52,917 nucleotides of DNA from an uncultured Pseudomonas sp. (GCA_964396695.1 CAYNGZ010000001.1:7347-60263), one strand, 5' to 3'; counted from the stretch's first letter, positions 1 through 9,287 are shown. Program-made: numbers and translations. The notes: generated by a model from the sequence alone, not told the origin.

Positions 1-266
1 GGGAATCTAACGGACACTTGGTCTGGACCGGTGGCGTACGTATGGCCTCGGTCACGCACGCATGGAACCAGGGTTGGGGCGGAATCATCACGGCGTTGCT
101 GGCCTTTGGGCTGGACATCACCGGGCTGGTGGAGCATCAAAGCATTCCCTGGGACGCCTTGCCGGGTCAGATGGTCTGCGATGAGCACGGCGAATATCGC
201 CTGAAAGAAGCCCCGTGGCGCCTGCCGCTGAGTTATACCTTGCAGGCGGTGAAACGCCGAAGCTAA
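1..266 (+). CDS. 3' part of a class I SAM-dependent methyltransferase (5'-truncated by window start)
   Basis: Frame open from window start; C-terminus LVEHQSIPWDALPGQM...RLPLSYTLQAVK resembles Methyltransf_11/12 proteins; first ~100 nt look degenerate. Confidence 0.6.
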   Translation, partial: ESNGHLVWTGGVRMASVTHAWNQGWGGIITALLAFGLDITGLVEHQSIPWDALPGQMVCDEHGEYRLKEAPWRLPLSYTLQAVKRRS

Positions 267-277
267 AACGGACGTAA

Positions 278-314
278 AAAAAGCCCGTTGAACGCAAGGT
301 TCAACGGGCTTTTT
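278..314. terminator. Bidirectional intrinsic terminator between convergent methyltransferase and mbtH
   Basis: aaaaagcccgttgaac-gcaag-gttcaacgggcttttt: perfect inverted repeat with A/T tails on both sides. Confidence 0.9.
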
Positions 315-327
315 GTCAGTCTCGGGA

Positions 328-555
328 TCAGTGAGTCACTGGCGCCTGCTCAGCCATTTTCTGGCGCAGGCTCAGGGGACGCATGTCGGTCCAGACCTCT
401 TCGATGTAGGCCAGGCATTCCTTCTTCAGGCCGCTTTTGCCCACGGTGCGCCAACCTTCCGGTACGGCCTTGTAGTCTGGCCAGATCGAGTATTGCTCTT
501 CATGGTTGACCACTACCTGGAAGAGGATGTCCTCGCGGTCAAATACTGAAGTCAT
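328..555 (-). CDS. mbtH: MbtH-like NRPS adenylation-domain chaperone
   Basis: MTSVFD...[13 protein letters not shown]...PEGW...[18 protein letters not shown] = MbtH signature; ATG at 555. Confidence 0.97.
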   Translation of the reverse strand: MTSVFDREDILFQVVVNHEEQYSIWPDYKAVPEGWRTVGKSGLKKECLAYIEEVWTDMRPLSLRQKMAEQAPVTH

Positions 556-615
556 GGTGTATCTCCGTCGCTGTAGGGTGGGCGGCGCCACACGCGCAGC
601 CGTTGTGTAGAAGAA

Positions 616-639
616 ACGTATCGAACGCTGAAAAAATTA
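616..639 (-). promoter_or_regulatory. PvdS iron-starvation (IS) box upstream of mbtH
   Basis: Minus strand TAATT-N16-CGT (1 mismatch to TAAAT-N16-CGT), overlapping the pvdH stop codon. Confidence 0.65.
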
Positions 640-2028
640 GAGGCTGGCGATCGCAGCGCTCAGCGCTCGACCAAAGATTTCCGCCACACGGTCGACTTCT
701 GCGGCGGTGATCACCAGCGGTGGCAGGAATCGCACCACACAGCCGTGCCGCCCGCCAAGCTCCAGAATCAATCCGCGTTTGAGGCATTCGCGTTGAACCC
801 GTGGTGCCAACTGACCGAACGCTGGAGGATGCCCTTGCACATCCAGCTCACCGGCCGGGTTGACCAGCTCAACGCCGAGCATCAAGCCGCGACCGCGAAT
901 GTCGCCCAACTGCGCAAAGTCGCGTTGCAGGCTTCGCAGGTGTTCAGCCAATCGCTCACCCATGGCCGCGGCGTGTTCGGCGACGCTGTGTTCGGTCAGG
1001 TAACGCATCACCGCTGAACCGGCGGCCATCGCCATCTGATTGCCACGGAAGGTTCCGGCATGCGCGCCCGGCAGCCAGCTGTCGAGCCAGTCGCGATACA
1101 CCACCACCGCCAGCGGCAAGCTGCCGCCGATGGCCTTGGACATCACCACCACGTCCGGAATGATCCCAGCGTGTTCGAAGGCGAACATCTTGCCGGTGCG
1201 GGCGAAACCGCTCTGGATTTCATCGACGATCAAGGCCACGCCGGCCTGCTCGGTGATCCGCCGCAAGCCGCGCAGCCAGTCGAGGTCAGCCGGGATCACC
1301 CCGCCCTCGCCCTGCACGGCTTCGACGATCACCGCCGCCGGCAATTGCACGCCCGCCTCCGGGTCGTTGAGCAGGTTTTCCAGGTAATGCAGATTGGCCT
1401 TCACCCCTTCAGCGCCGCCAAGCCCGAACGGGCAGCGATAGTCGTAAGGGAACGGCATGAACTGCACGCCACTGCTGAGCAGCGCACCCAAGGGCTTTTT
1501 CGGTCCCAGGCTGCCCATCAAACTCAACGCGCCCTGGCTCATGCCGTGATAACTGCCCTGGAACGACAGCACCGTGCTGCGCCCGGTGGCGGTGCGTACC
1601 AGTTTCAGCGCCGCTTCTACGGCATCTGTGCCGGTGGGGCCGCAGAACTGGATTTTCGCTTCGCGGACCAGAGCCGGCGGCAGCAGACCGAACAGGTCCT
1701 GGACAAACTGGTCTTTGACCGGCGTGGTCAGGTCCAGCGTGTGCAGCGGCAGTTCATCGGCCAATACCTGCTGGATCGCCTCGATCACCACCGGATGGTT
1801 GTGCCCCAGTGCCAGAGTGCCGGCACCGGCCAGGCAGTCGATGAAACGGCGCCCTTCGACGTCCTCGACATAAATGCCCTTGGCACGTTTGAGCGCCAAC
1901 GGAATACGTCGTGGATAACTGCGGGCATTGGATTCCTGCAGGCGTTGGCGGGCCAACAGCGGCGATTCGTTGAACTGATAAAGCACCTCGGCCGACTGAT
2001 CGTTGGCAAGGCGGGTAGCGACTGACAT
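637..2028 (-). CDS. pvdH: Diaminobutyrate:2-oxoglutarate aminotransferase (pyoverdine Dab supply)
   Basis: Class III PLP aminotransferase motifs (DCLAGAGTLALGHNHP, IVDEIQSGFARTG, SKAIGG, HAGTFRGN); adjacent to mbtH; ATG at 2028. Confidence 0.95.
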   Translation of the reverse strand: MSVATRLANDQSAEVLYQFNESPLLARQRLQESNARSYPRRIPLALKRAKGIYVEDVEGRRFIDCLAGAGTLALGHNHPVVIEAIQQVLADELPLHTLDLTTPVKDQFVQDLFGLLPPALVREAKIQFCGPTGTDAVEAALKLVRTATGRSTVLSFQGSYHGMSQGALSLMGSLGPKKPLGALLSSGVQFMPFPYDYRCPFGLGGAEGVKANLHYLENLLNDPEAGVQLPAAVIVEAVQGEGGVIPADLDWLRGLRRITEQAGVALIVDEIQSGFARTGKMFAFEHAGIIPDVVVMSKAIGGSLPLAVVVYRDWLDSWLPGAHAGTFRGNQMAMAAGSAVMRYLTEHSVAEHAAAMGERLAEHLRSLQRDFAQLGDIRGRGLMLGVELVNPAGELDVQGHPPAFGQLAPRVQRECLKRGLILELGGRHGCVVRFLPPLVITAAEVDRVAEIFGRALSAAIASL

Positions 2029-2116
2029 CTCTCGATCCCTCAATACGCTGATGATAAGACCTGGCAAGTGCGCATTCCGGCTCGGGTGCGCACGTACGGG
2101 TTTTCCTGTTCTGGAA

Positions 2117-2140
2117 ACGCATCAGCGTCATAAGGATTTA
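2117..2140 (-). promoter_or_regulatory. PvdS IS box upstream of pvdH
   Basis: Exact TAAAT-N16-CGT on minus strand ~90 nt upstream of pvdH start. Confidence 0.85.
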
Positions 2141-2157
2141 CACCCTTGGGCGGCTTT

Positions 2158-2643
2158 CTATAAGGGCGCTGTCAGCGATTTCTCCATGGGGATCGCCGTA
2201 AGCCCGGCAATGCTGAAAGTTTGGGCACATTGCCGGTAGCCAAGGTGCTGAAAAAAATCTTCGCCGGTACGGGTACTGTTGAGTCGAGTCTGATTGAAGC
2301 CCCGGTCGAGCAGCCAGGTTTCCAGACCATGGAGCAACGCCTGCCCGGCACCTCGGCGAAACCACTCTGGCAGAACGTAACAAAAGGCGACCTTGCCGCT
2401 GACAGCGGCCATGGCCACGCCAATCGGTTTGTCGTCCAGCAAGGCGAGATTCAGGTAGAGCCGTGGATCGGACAGCCAGGGCCGCACATGTTCAACGGTT
2501 TTGTTGTAGGTCCAGGCCGCGACGATTTTCGGATCATTGCGGTGATCCGCAGCGCACCCGACCTTGATCGAGCGCTCGACAATCCGGCTGATGATTCCCG
2601 CATCCGCAGGGCCGGCGTTGCAGACATGTATCGATGCATCCAT
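2158..2643 (-). CDS. GNAT-family N-acetyltransferase
   Basis: Acetyl-CoA motif A YVLPEWFRRGAGQALL and C-terminal STRTGEDFFQHLGY. Confidence 0.85.
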   Translation of the reverse strand: MDASIHVCNAGPADAGIISRIVERSIKVGCAADHRNDPKIVAAWTYNKTVEHVRPWLSDPRLYLNLALLDDKPIGVAMAAVSGKVAFCYVLPEWFRRGAGQALLHGLETWLLDRGFNQTRLNSTRTGEDFFQHLGYRQCAQTFSIAGLTAIPMEKSLTAPL

Positions 2644-2756
2644 AGCGCTATCACCTCAATCCATTGAGTCAAAGCTGCGAGGGACGATAGCGCTGCGCGG
2701 GCCAGGTGGCTAATGGAGAGAAGTTACATTTGATGTGCGACATAGAACTCATGTGT

Positions 2757-2772
2757 GCGAGCTCCCACAGGG
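2757..2772. repeat. Partial REP element
   Basis: gcgagctcccacaggg resembles the gctcgctcccacaggg REP end at 37705-37720. Confidence 0.4.
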
Positions 2773-2787
2773 GGTTGGTGGTGTTTG

Positions 2788-4113
2788 TCAGGCTGACTGC
2801 AACGGCATCGTCAGTTCAACCCGCAAGCCGTCGGCACTGCTGTCGAAATGCAGCACGCAGCCACAGCGCTGGACGATCGCCTGAACAATCGCCAGCCCAA
2901 GTCCGCAGCCGGTGCTGGCGCCGTTGCGCCAGAAGCGTTGGGTCAGGTGTTGCAGGTCCTCGTCGGCGATTCCCGGACCGTGGTCGCGCACCTTGAAGTG
3001 CGCACGGTTGCCCGTGGTTTCAAGACTCAGTTCCACCGCCGCATCCGCAGGGGTGTGGCGCAGGGCGTTGTCCAGCAGGTTGCGCAAGGCGGCAATCGAC
3101 AGCACGGCAGGCATTTGCACCGGTGCCTGTGAGTAATTCGTCGGCAAGTGCAGTTTGATCCGCTGACGATCACCGCTGGCCGCGTCCTGAATCGCCAATC
3201 GGGCGACCTGCTCGGCGTTGCACTGCACGCCATCGTCGAACGACAGACTGCCTTCGACCCGTGCCAACAACAGCAGTTGCTCAAGCGTGCGGTGCAAGCG
3301 GTCGGCGCCCTCCTCGGCACGGGCCAGGGACTGATCGCGGGCGGCACCTTCGGTCATGCGCGCCACTTGCAGGTGCGTCTTGATTGCCGTCAGCGGACTG
3401 CGCAGTTCATGGGCCGCGTCGCCCGTCAGCCGTCGCTCGCGCTCGATGGTCTTGCCGATCCGCTGAAGTAGCTGATTCTGGGTTTCGAGCAACGGTTGCA
3501 GTTCGCTCGGCAGCGGCTGGATCTGCAACGGTTCAAGGGAGTCGGCACTGCGACGCATCAAGGCATCGCGCATGCGATTGAGCGGCGCCAGCCCCTGACC
3601 GATACCCAGCCAGAGCAGACACAGGCAACCGAGCAACGCCACGCCGACCGGCACCGACGCGGCCAGCAGTACCGACATGTTCAGTGCCTCGCGCTCGACT
3701 TGCCGGTCGGCCGTGGTGATGCGCACATCACCGCGAGCCAGGGTGAAACTTCGCCAGCGCGCACCGTCGATCATCTGGTCATGGAAGCCCATTTTTTCGG
3801 CTTCCAGGGTTTGTTCGGGCGTACTGTGACTGCGGGCCAGAATCTCGCCACGCAAGGAGCTGACCTGACAGGCCATGCCGCCTGGAATATTCAACTGTTC
3901 AGCACTGAAATGCGTACCGTCGCCCTTGCTGGGCAGGGCCGGCAGTTGCTCCAGCAACCCGGCGACCATGCGCGCCGAAGCCACCAGTCGCTGGTCGAGG
4001 GAAAACATCATCTGATTGCGCAGGTCGCTGAGCATCCAGGCCGCGGCCAGTGCCCAGATCAGCGCGAAGGCCGCGCCGAGGGTCAGACTCAGGCGCAAAC
4101 GCAAACTCATCAC
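2788..4113 (-). CDS. dsbS: Sensor histidine kinase (QseC/DsbS-like)
   Basis: Two TM helices, HAMP, H-box DAAHELRSPL, N-box NLLDNALRH, G-boxes DHGPGI/GLGLAIV; periplasmic Cys at residue 81/82; divergent from dsbDEG. Confidence 0.85.
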   Translation of the reverse strand: MMSLRLRLSLTLGAAFALIWALAAAWMLSDLRNQMMFSLDQRLVASARMVAGLLEQLPALPSKGDGTHFSAEQLNIPGGMACQVSSLRGEILARSHSTPEQTLEAEKMGFHDQMIDGARWRSFTLARGDVRITTADRQVEREALNMSVLLAASVPVGVALLGCLCLLWLGIGQGLAPLNRMRDALMRRSADSLEPLQIQPLPSELQPLLETQNQLLQRIGKTIERERRLTGDAAHELRSPLTAIKTHLQVARMTEGAARDQSLARAEEGADRLHRTLEQLLLLARVEGSLSFDDGVQCNAEQVARLAIQDAASGDRQRIKLHLPTNYSQAPVQMPAVLSIAALRNLLDNALRHTPADAAVELSLETTGNRAHFKVRDHGPGIADEDLQHLTQRFWRNGASTGCGLGLAIVQAIVQRCGCVLHFDSSADGLRVELTMPLQSA

Positions 4114-4790
4114 TTCGATTGCTCTCCGCCGTCAGCCGGCCCAAGGCGATAACCCAACCCACGCACGGTCTCAACGATGCCGTTGCCGAGTTTGCGCCGC
4201 AAGTGATGGATGTGCACGTTGAGGGCGTTGCTTTCCAGCTCATCGTTGAAACCGTAGACGCTGTCCTTGAGTTGCTCGGTCGACAGCACCCGGCCACGGT
4301 TGTGCAGCAAGGCCTGCAACAGCGATTGCTCGCGGCGCGAGAGGTCCACTGGCTGGCCGGCGAGCAAGGTTTCACGGCTGCTCGGGTCGTAGGTCAGGGC
4401 ACCGTGCTCGATCAGGTTGACACTGCGCCCCGCCACCCGCCGCAGCAACGTGTGCAGGCGCGCGGCCAGTTCACGCAGATCGAACGGCTTGAGCAGGTAA
4501 TCGTCGGCGCCGGCTTGCAAACCGTCGACGCGGTCGGTGACCGAATCGCGCGCGGTGAGGATCAGCACCGGGATTTCCAGACCGTGATGGCGCAACTGCT
4601 GAAGCAGCCTCAAACCATCTTCATCGGGCAGACCAAGGTCAAGCACCATGACGTCGAACTCAGCAACCTTGAGCATCGCCCGCGCCGCCGAAGCGGTTGC
4701 AACGTGCTCCACGGTCAGGCCCTGGGCGGTCAGGCCGGCAACGATGCCGCTGGCGATCAGCTCATCATCTTCACAAACCAGTACGTGCAT
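4110..4790 (-). CDS. dsbR: OmpR-family response regulator (DsbR-like)
   Basis: Receiver MHVLVCEDD...VLDLGLPD...KPF plus winged helix ETVRGLGYRL; ATG at 4790. Confidence 0.88.
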   Translation of the reverse strand: MHVLVCEDDELIASGIVAGLTAQGLTVEHVATASAARAMLKVAEFDVMVLDLGLPDEDGLRLLQQLRHHGLEIPVLILTARDSVTDRVDGLQAGADDYLLKPFDLRELAARLHTLLRRVAGRSVNLIEHGALTYDPSSRETLLAGQPVDLSRREQSLLQALLHNRGRVLSTEQLKDSVYGFNDELESNALNVHIHHLRRKLGNGIVETVRGLGYRLGPADGGEQSK

Positions 4791-4876
4791 GGTGAGACCT
4801 GTAGAAAAGCATTGATTAAGAAGGCGCCGGATTAAGCGGACATTATGCCCCACGCTCCATTGCCACAAGGATAACG

Positions 4877-4896
4877 CGGTTAATCATCGGTTAATC
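4877..4896 (+). promoter_or_regulatory. Direct-repeat operator upstream of dsbD (DsbR-type site)
   Basis: cggttaatc-at-cggttaatc, 11-bp periodicity typical of OmpR-family sites; contains TTA-N8-TTAA. Confidence 0.7.
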
Positions 4897-4943
4897 GCCA
4901 CCCATCATCGTGCCCTCTACTTGCACCGCGATAAGGCTTTCTC

Positions 4944-6680
4944 ATGCATCGTCTGTTTCTACTCTTTTTTCTTTTCATCACAGGGCTGACCCAGGCGGCA
5001 TCGAATCCATTCGACACCAAACCGGATTTCCTGCCGGTCGGCAAAGCCTTTGTTTTTACCTCCGAGCGCCTTGAATCAGGCGAAACCCAGCTTTTCTGGC
5101 AAATTGCCGACGGTTACTACCTGTACCAGAAACGCATGAGCTTCAACGGTTTGCCCGATGCCCACACACCCGCGCTGCCCGAGGGCGAAGCCCACAGCGA
5201 TGAGTTTTTCGGTGATCAGCAGGTCTATCGCCAGGGCCTGGAGTTGAAGATTCCGCCCGGCGCCACTGGTCAGATCAAAGTGGGGTTTCAGGGCTGTGCC
5301 GATGCCGGTTTGTGTTATCCACCACAAACTCAGGTGGTTGATCTGGGTGGCGGTGCAGCAGCGGCCAGCGTTGGTGAGGCACCGGATCAAGCCCTGGCCA
5401 GCGGTCTGCAACAGCGGGCGCTGGGCTGGAGTTTGCTGGTGTTCTTTGGCCTGGGACTGTTGCTCGCTTTCGCCCCCTGCTCGCTGCCGATGTTGCCGAT
5501 TCTCGCCGGTTTGATCGTCGGCAGTGGCGCCAGCCCCAAACGCGGCTTTGCCCTGGCCGGCAGTTACGTGGTCAGCATGGCGCTGGTGTATGCGGCGATG
5601 GGTGTTCTGGCGGCGTTGCTGGGCGCGAACCTTCAGGCATTACTGCAAAACCCTTGGCTGCTGGGCAGTTTCGCTGCGGTGTTTGTGCTGCTGTCGCTGC
5701 CGATGTTCGGTTTCTTCGAACTGCAACTGCCGGCCGCGCTGCGTGATCGCCTGGAAAACGCCAGCCGCAAACAGGGCGGTGGCAGTCTGATCGGTGCCGG
5801 CGTGCTCGGGGCCTTGTCCGGGTTGCTGGTCGGTCCGTGCATGACCGCGCCGCTGGCCGGTGCCTTGCTGTACATCGCCCAGAGCGGCAACGCACTGCAC
5901 GGCGGATTGATCCTGTTCGTCATGGGCCTGGGCATCGGTTTGCCGCTGTTGGTGCTGGTAACCGTCGGCAACCGTTTCCTGCCCAAGCCCGGCGCCTGGA
6001 TGAACCTGCTCAAAGGCATCTTCGGTTTCCTGTTCCTCGGCACCGCGCTGGCGATGGTGCGGCCGGTGCTCGATGAGTCGCTGTGGGTCGGTCTGTGGGG
6101 CGCACTGTTGTTGATCATCGCCTACAGCGCCTGGCGCCAGACCGGCGGGTTCGGCCGCGCCGCGCATGTCTTCGGCGCCACGGCCCTGCTTTCAGGGTTA
6201 TGGGGCAGCCTGCTGTTGATCGGGGCGGCGGGCGGCAGCGATGACCTGTTCAATCCATTGCAGGTTTACCGTGCGCAGGCGTCGAACAGCGTCGACACGC
6301 CCACGGCCCACGACGCCTTTATCACCGTCAAGGATCCCGCCGCACTGCAACGCGAACTGGACGCCGCCCGCGCCCAAGGCCAGTGGGTATTGCTGGACTA
6401 CTACGCCGACTGGTGTGTGTCGTGCAAAATCATGGAGAAACAGGTGTTCGGCAAACCTCAGGTACTGGACGCGTTGAAAGAAGTTCGCTTGCTGCGCCTG
6501 GACGTCACCGCCGACAATGCCGCCAGCCGTGAACTGCTCGGCCGCTATAAGGTGCCGGGGCCGCCAAGCCTGCTGTGGATCGGCGTCGACGGCATCGAGC
6601 GCCGCAGCCAGCGCATCACCGGAGAGGTCGATGCCGCCGGTTTCCTCCAACGCTGGAACCTCACCCGGGACGCTCTTTGA
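4944..6680 (+). CDS. dsbD: Thiol:disulfide interchange protein DsbD
   Basis: Signal peptide, alpha domain GCADAGLCYPP, TM Cys motifs PCSLPMLP and GPCMTAP, thioredoxin WCVSCK. Confidence 0.95.
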   Translation: MHRLFLLFFLFITGLTQAASNPFDTKPDFLPVGKAFVFTSERLESGETQLFWQIADGYYLYQKRMSFNGLPDAHTPALPEGEAHSDEFFGDQQVYRQGLELKIPPGATGQIKVGFQGCADAGLCYPPQTQVVDLGGGAAAASVGEAPDQALASGLQQRALGWSLLVFFGLGLLLAFAPCSLPMLPILAGLIVGSGASPKRGFALAGSYVVSMALVYAAMGVLAALLGANLQALLQNPWLLGSFAAVFVLLSLPMFGFFELQLPAALRDRLENASRKQGGGSLIGAGVLGALSGLLVGPCMTAPLAGALLYIAQSGNALHGGLILFVMGLGIGLPLLVLVTVGNRFLPKPGAWMNLLKGIFGFLFLGTALAMVRPVLDESLWVGLWGALLLIIAYSAWRQTGGFGRAAHVFGATALLSGLWGSLLLIGAAGGSDDLFNPLQVYRAQASNSVDTPTAHDAFITVKDPAALQRELDAARAQGQWVLLDYYADWCVSCKIMEKQVFGKPQVLDALKEVRLLRLDVTADNAASRELLGRYKVPGPPSLLWIGVDGIERRSQRITGEVDAAGFLQRWNLTRDAL

Positions 6681-7546
6681 TGCTGACCTTTACCCTCGGC
6701 ACGTTTGCCATTGCACTCAACCACCTGCTGCTGATCAGCGCCCTGGCACTGGCGACCCTGGTCGGCTGGCGGGTGGCCAAGCGCGGTGGCGAAAACCCCG
6801 AGTCAGTGCTGTTCAGCCTGTTCCTGCTGGGTTTGCTCGCCGCCCGGATCGGTTTTGTGCTCGCCTACTGGGCCCACTACCGCGATGATCCGTGGCAAAT
6901 CATTGACCTGCGCGATGGCGGCTTCCTCGCCTGGCCCGGGGTGATTGCCCTGCTGTTGGCAACGCTGTTGCGGGCCTGGCGTCGGCCGGCGCTGCGCAAA
7001 CCGCTGGGTTTCGGCGTCGGCAGCGGTTTGTTGTTCTGGTTGCTGGCGAGTCTGTCCTTAAGCCTTTACGAACAGGGCACGCGCCTGCCAGACATTGTCT
7101 TGCGCAATGCCGCCGGAGAAACCGTGCAATTGGCCGACTATCAGGGCGGCCCCCTGGTAATCAACCTTTGGGCCACCTGGTGCCCGCCCTGCCGGCGCGA
7201 AATGCCGGTGCTGGAGAACGCCCAACAACATCGGCCGGACCTGACCTTTCTGTTCGTCAACCAGGCCGAAAGCATGCAAAGCGTCAGCACCTTTCTCGCG
7301 ACCCAAGGCTTGAGCCTGTCCAACGTGCTGTTCGATGGCGGCGGCCGACTGGGTCAGGCCGTCGGTTCCATGGCATTGCCGACTACGCTGTTCTACAGCG
7401 CCGAGGGTCGTCTGCTCACCAGCCACCTGGGCGAGTTGTCGGAGGCCAGCCTGGCCCGCGCACTGGAAAACTTCGATACTCCGATTCCGGCCCTACAGGC
7501 CACACCGTCAAGGAAACTGCCATGCCCCGCCTCCGCCACCTGCTGA
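6680..7546 (+). CDS. dsbE: TlpA/DsbE-like thioredoxin with N-terminal Lgt-like membrane domain
   Basis: ATG overlaps dsbD stop (TGATG); TM region with DLRDGGF; NLWATWCPPCRREMP. Confidence 0.85.
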   Translation: MLTFTLGTFAIALNHLLLISALALATLVGWRVAKRGGENPESVLFSLFLLGLLAARIGFVLAYWAHYRDDPWQIIDLRDGGFLAWPGVIALLLATLLRAWRRPALRKPLGFGVGSGLLFWLLASLSLSLYEQGTRLPDIVLRNAAGETVQLADYQGGPLVINLWATWCPPCRREMPVLENAQQHRPDLTFLFVNQAESMQSVSTFLATQGLSLSNVLFDGGGRLGQAVGSMALPTTLFYSAEGRLLTSHLGELSEASLARALENFDTPIPALQATPSRKLPCPASATC

Positions 7547-8289
7547 CGCTGTCCCTGGGCGCAGCCCTGCTGCAAATGCCGTTGCTGCACGCCGAAGAAC
7601 TGCCTGCGGCGATCCGCAAGATCGAAGCCAAAGGCGCGAAAATCATCGGCAGCTTCGACGCACCCGATGGCCTGCGCGGTTATGCGGCACAGTATCAGCA
7701 CCGTGGCATGACCCTGTACCTGACACCCGACGGCCAGCATGTACTGCTCGGCAATCTGTACGACGCCGACGGCAAGGACCTGAGTGCCGAGCCGTTGCAA
7801 AAACTGGTCTACGCGCCGATGGCCAAGGAAGTCTGGGCGAAGATGGACGCCAGCAACTGGATCGCCGACGGCAGCAAGGACGCACCACGCACGGTCTACC
7901 TGTTCAGCGACCCGAACTGCCCTTACTGCAACATGTTCTGGGAGCAGGCCCGGCCGTGGGTGAAAGCCGGCAAAGTGCAGCTGCGGCACATCATGGTCGG
8001 GATCATCCGCGAAGACAGCCCGGGCAAATCCGCTGCCCTGTTAGCCAGCAAAGACCCGGGCAAAGCTCTGGAAGAGCACGAAAAGGCGGGCAAGCAAAGC
8101 TCGCTGAAAGCGCTGACAACCATTCCCGCTGCCATCCAGGCCAAACTCGACGCCAACATGAAGTTGATGGAAGAACTCGAACTGTCCGCCACCCCGGCGA
8201 TCTTCTACATGGACGACAAGGGCGAATTGCAACAACAGCAAGGCGCGCCGTCGCCGGACAAACTGGTGAAGATTCTCGGGCCGAAGTAG
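7522..8289 (+). CDS. dsbG: Periplasmic disulfide isomerase DsbG
   Basis: Signal peptide MPRLRHLLTL..., YLTPDG, FSDPNCPYC, SATPAIFY; RBS aagga upstream of ATG 7522. Confidence 0.95.
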   Translation: MPRLRHLLTLSLGAALLQMPLLHAEELPAAIRKIEAKGAKIIGSFDAPDGLRGYAAQYQHRGMTLYLTPDGQHVLLGNLYDADGKDLSAEPLQKLVYAPMAKEVWAKMDASNWIADGSKDAPRTVYLFSDPNCPYCNMFWEQARPWVKAGKVQLRHIMVGIIREDSPGKSAALLASKDPGKALEEHEKAGKQSSLKALTTIPAAIQAKLDANMKLMEELELSATPAIFYMDDKGELQQQQGAPSPDKLVKILGPK

Positions 8290-8307
8290 TTCTGCCGTCG
8301 GATTGAT

Positions 8308-8335
8308 GATCGTTCCCACGCGCGTGGGAACGATC
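8308..8335. repeat. Perfect 28-bp palindrome, collapsed REP-like element between convergent genes
   Basis: gatcgttcccacgcgcgtgggaacgatc equals its own reverse complement. Confidence 0.85.
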
Positions 8336-8339
8336 TACA

Positions 8340-9164
8340 TCAAACGCTGCGCTGATGCCTGTCAGCCAAAAACTTCAGCAGCGCCTCGGTGACGAACTCA
8401 GGATTCTCCAGATTGGAGATATGCCCAGCCTCGGGCACCAACAGACAAGGACAGCCGATCAACTCGGCCATTTCCTTCGTTTCCGACGGCGGCCTCGGTT
8501 TGTCCTGATCACCGCACATCAACAGCGTGGTTTCAGGATTCAGCTCGCCCAGACGCGGTAACAGATCATCACGACCAAACGTAATGCGGCCCATCGGCAC
8601 AATGCTTTGACGCAAGCGCTCAGGCGACAGTGCGGCCAGTTTGGCGCGGAAATCCTGATAGAGCGCGGACTGAGGATCGATGCCCGGACGGAAGAAAATC
8701 GGCACCACGATATCGAGAAGCTGCGGTGAGATCACACCGCTGTCTTCGATCTGCTTGAACAACGAGAAATAGTACTGGCGAGTCGGCTCGGGCTCGACAC
8801 CGACATAGGTGTCCATCAACACCAGGCCGTTAAGGCGCTGCGGGGCCGATAGCGCCAGACGCACGCCCCACATGCCACCGACCGAAAGACCGACCAGCGT
8901 GACGCGGTCGATATCCAGATGATCAAGCCATGCCAGTACCTGCCGCGCCTGATCATCCAGCGACGTCATGCCTTCAGGTAACGGCCCTGACTCCCCGTGC
9001 CCCCAAAGGTCCAGGGCAATCACCCGATAGTGTTGCGACAGCGCCGCAATCTGCGGCGCCCACATGGCCTGGTCCCACAAGTAACTGCCAGCCAGCAGCA
9101 CTGCTGGGCCAGCGCCTTGGTCAATGTAGTGAAGCGATTGTCCATCAATCGTGGCGAAGGGCAT
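8340..9164 (-). CDS. Alpha/beta-fold hydrolase
   Basis: DLWGHGES, nucleophile GLSVGG, acid GDQD, catalytic His AGHISNLE; RBS aaggag upstream. Confidence 0.9.
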   Translation of the reverse strand: MPFATIDGQSLHYIDQGAGPAVLLAGSYLWDQAMWAPQIAALSQHYRVIALDLWGHGESGPLPEGMTSLDDQARQVLAWLDHLDIDRVTLVGLSVGGMWGVRLALSAPQRLNGLVLMDTYVGVEPEPTRQYYFSLFKQIEDSGVISPQLLDIVVPIFFRPGIDPQSALYQDFRAKLAALSPERLRQSIVPMGRITFGRDDLLPRLGELNPETTLLMCGDQDKPRPPSETKEMAELIGCPCLLVPEAGHISNLENPEFVTEALLKFLADRHQRSV

Positions 9165-9253
9165 CGACACTCTCCTTTCCGGGTTGGATCTACCAATAAA
9201 AGTACGGGCAGCCTGAGCCGGTCAGTTTCTTCAGTCAACGCGCAATGTGCGAT

Positions 9254-9287
9254 GCGAGGCGATTTGCGTGGCGGGCAACGAATGGCC
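9254..9287. repeat. 34-bp direct repeat of pvdL 15582-15615 (displaced copy of terminal PCP coding sequence)
   Basis: gcgaggcgatttgcgtggcgggcaacgaatggcc vs gcgaggcgatttgcgtggcgagcagcgagtggcc, 31/34 identical, first 20 identical; reads GHSLPATQIAS on minus strand. Confidence 0.9.

Noticed and set aside
1-110. Divergent residues in the methyltransferase at the window start
   Set aside because: More likely low-quality contig-end sequence than real divergence; needs read coverage
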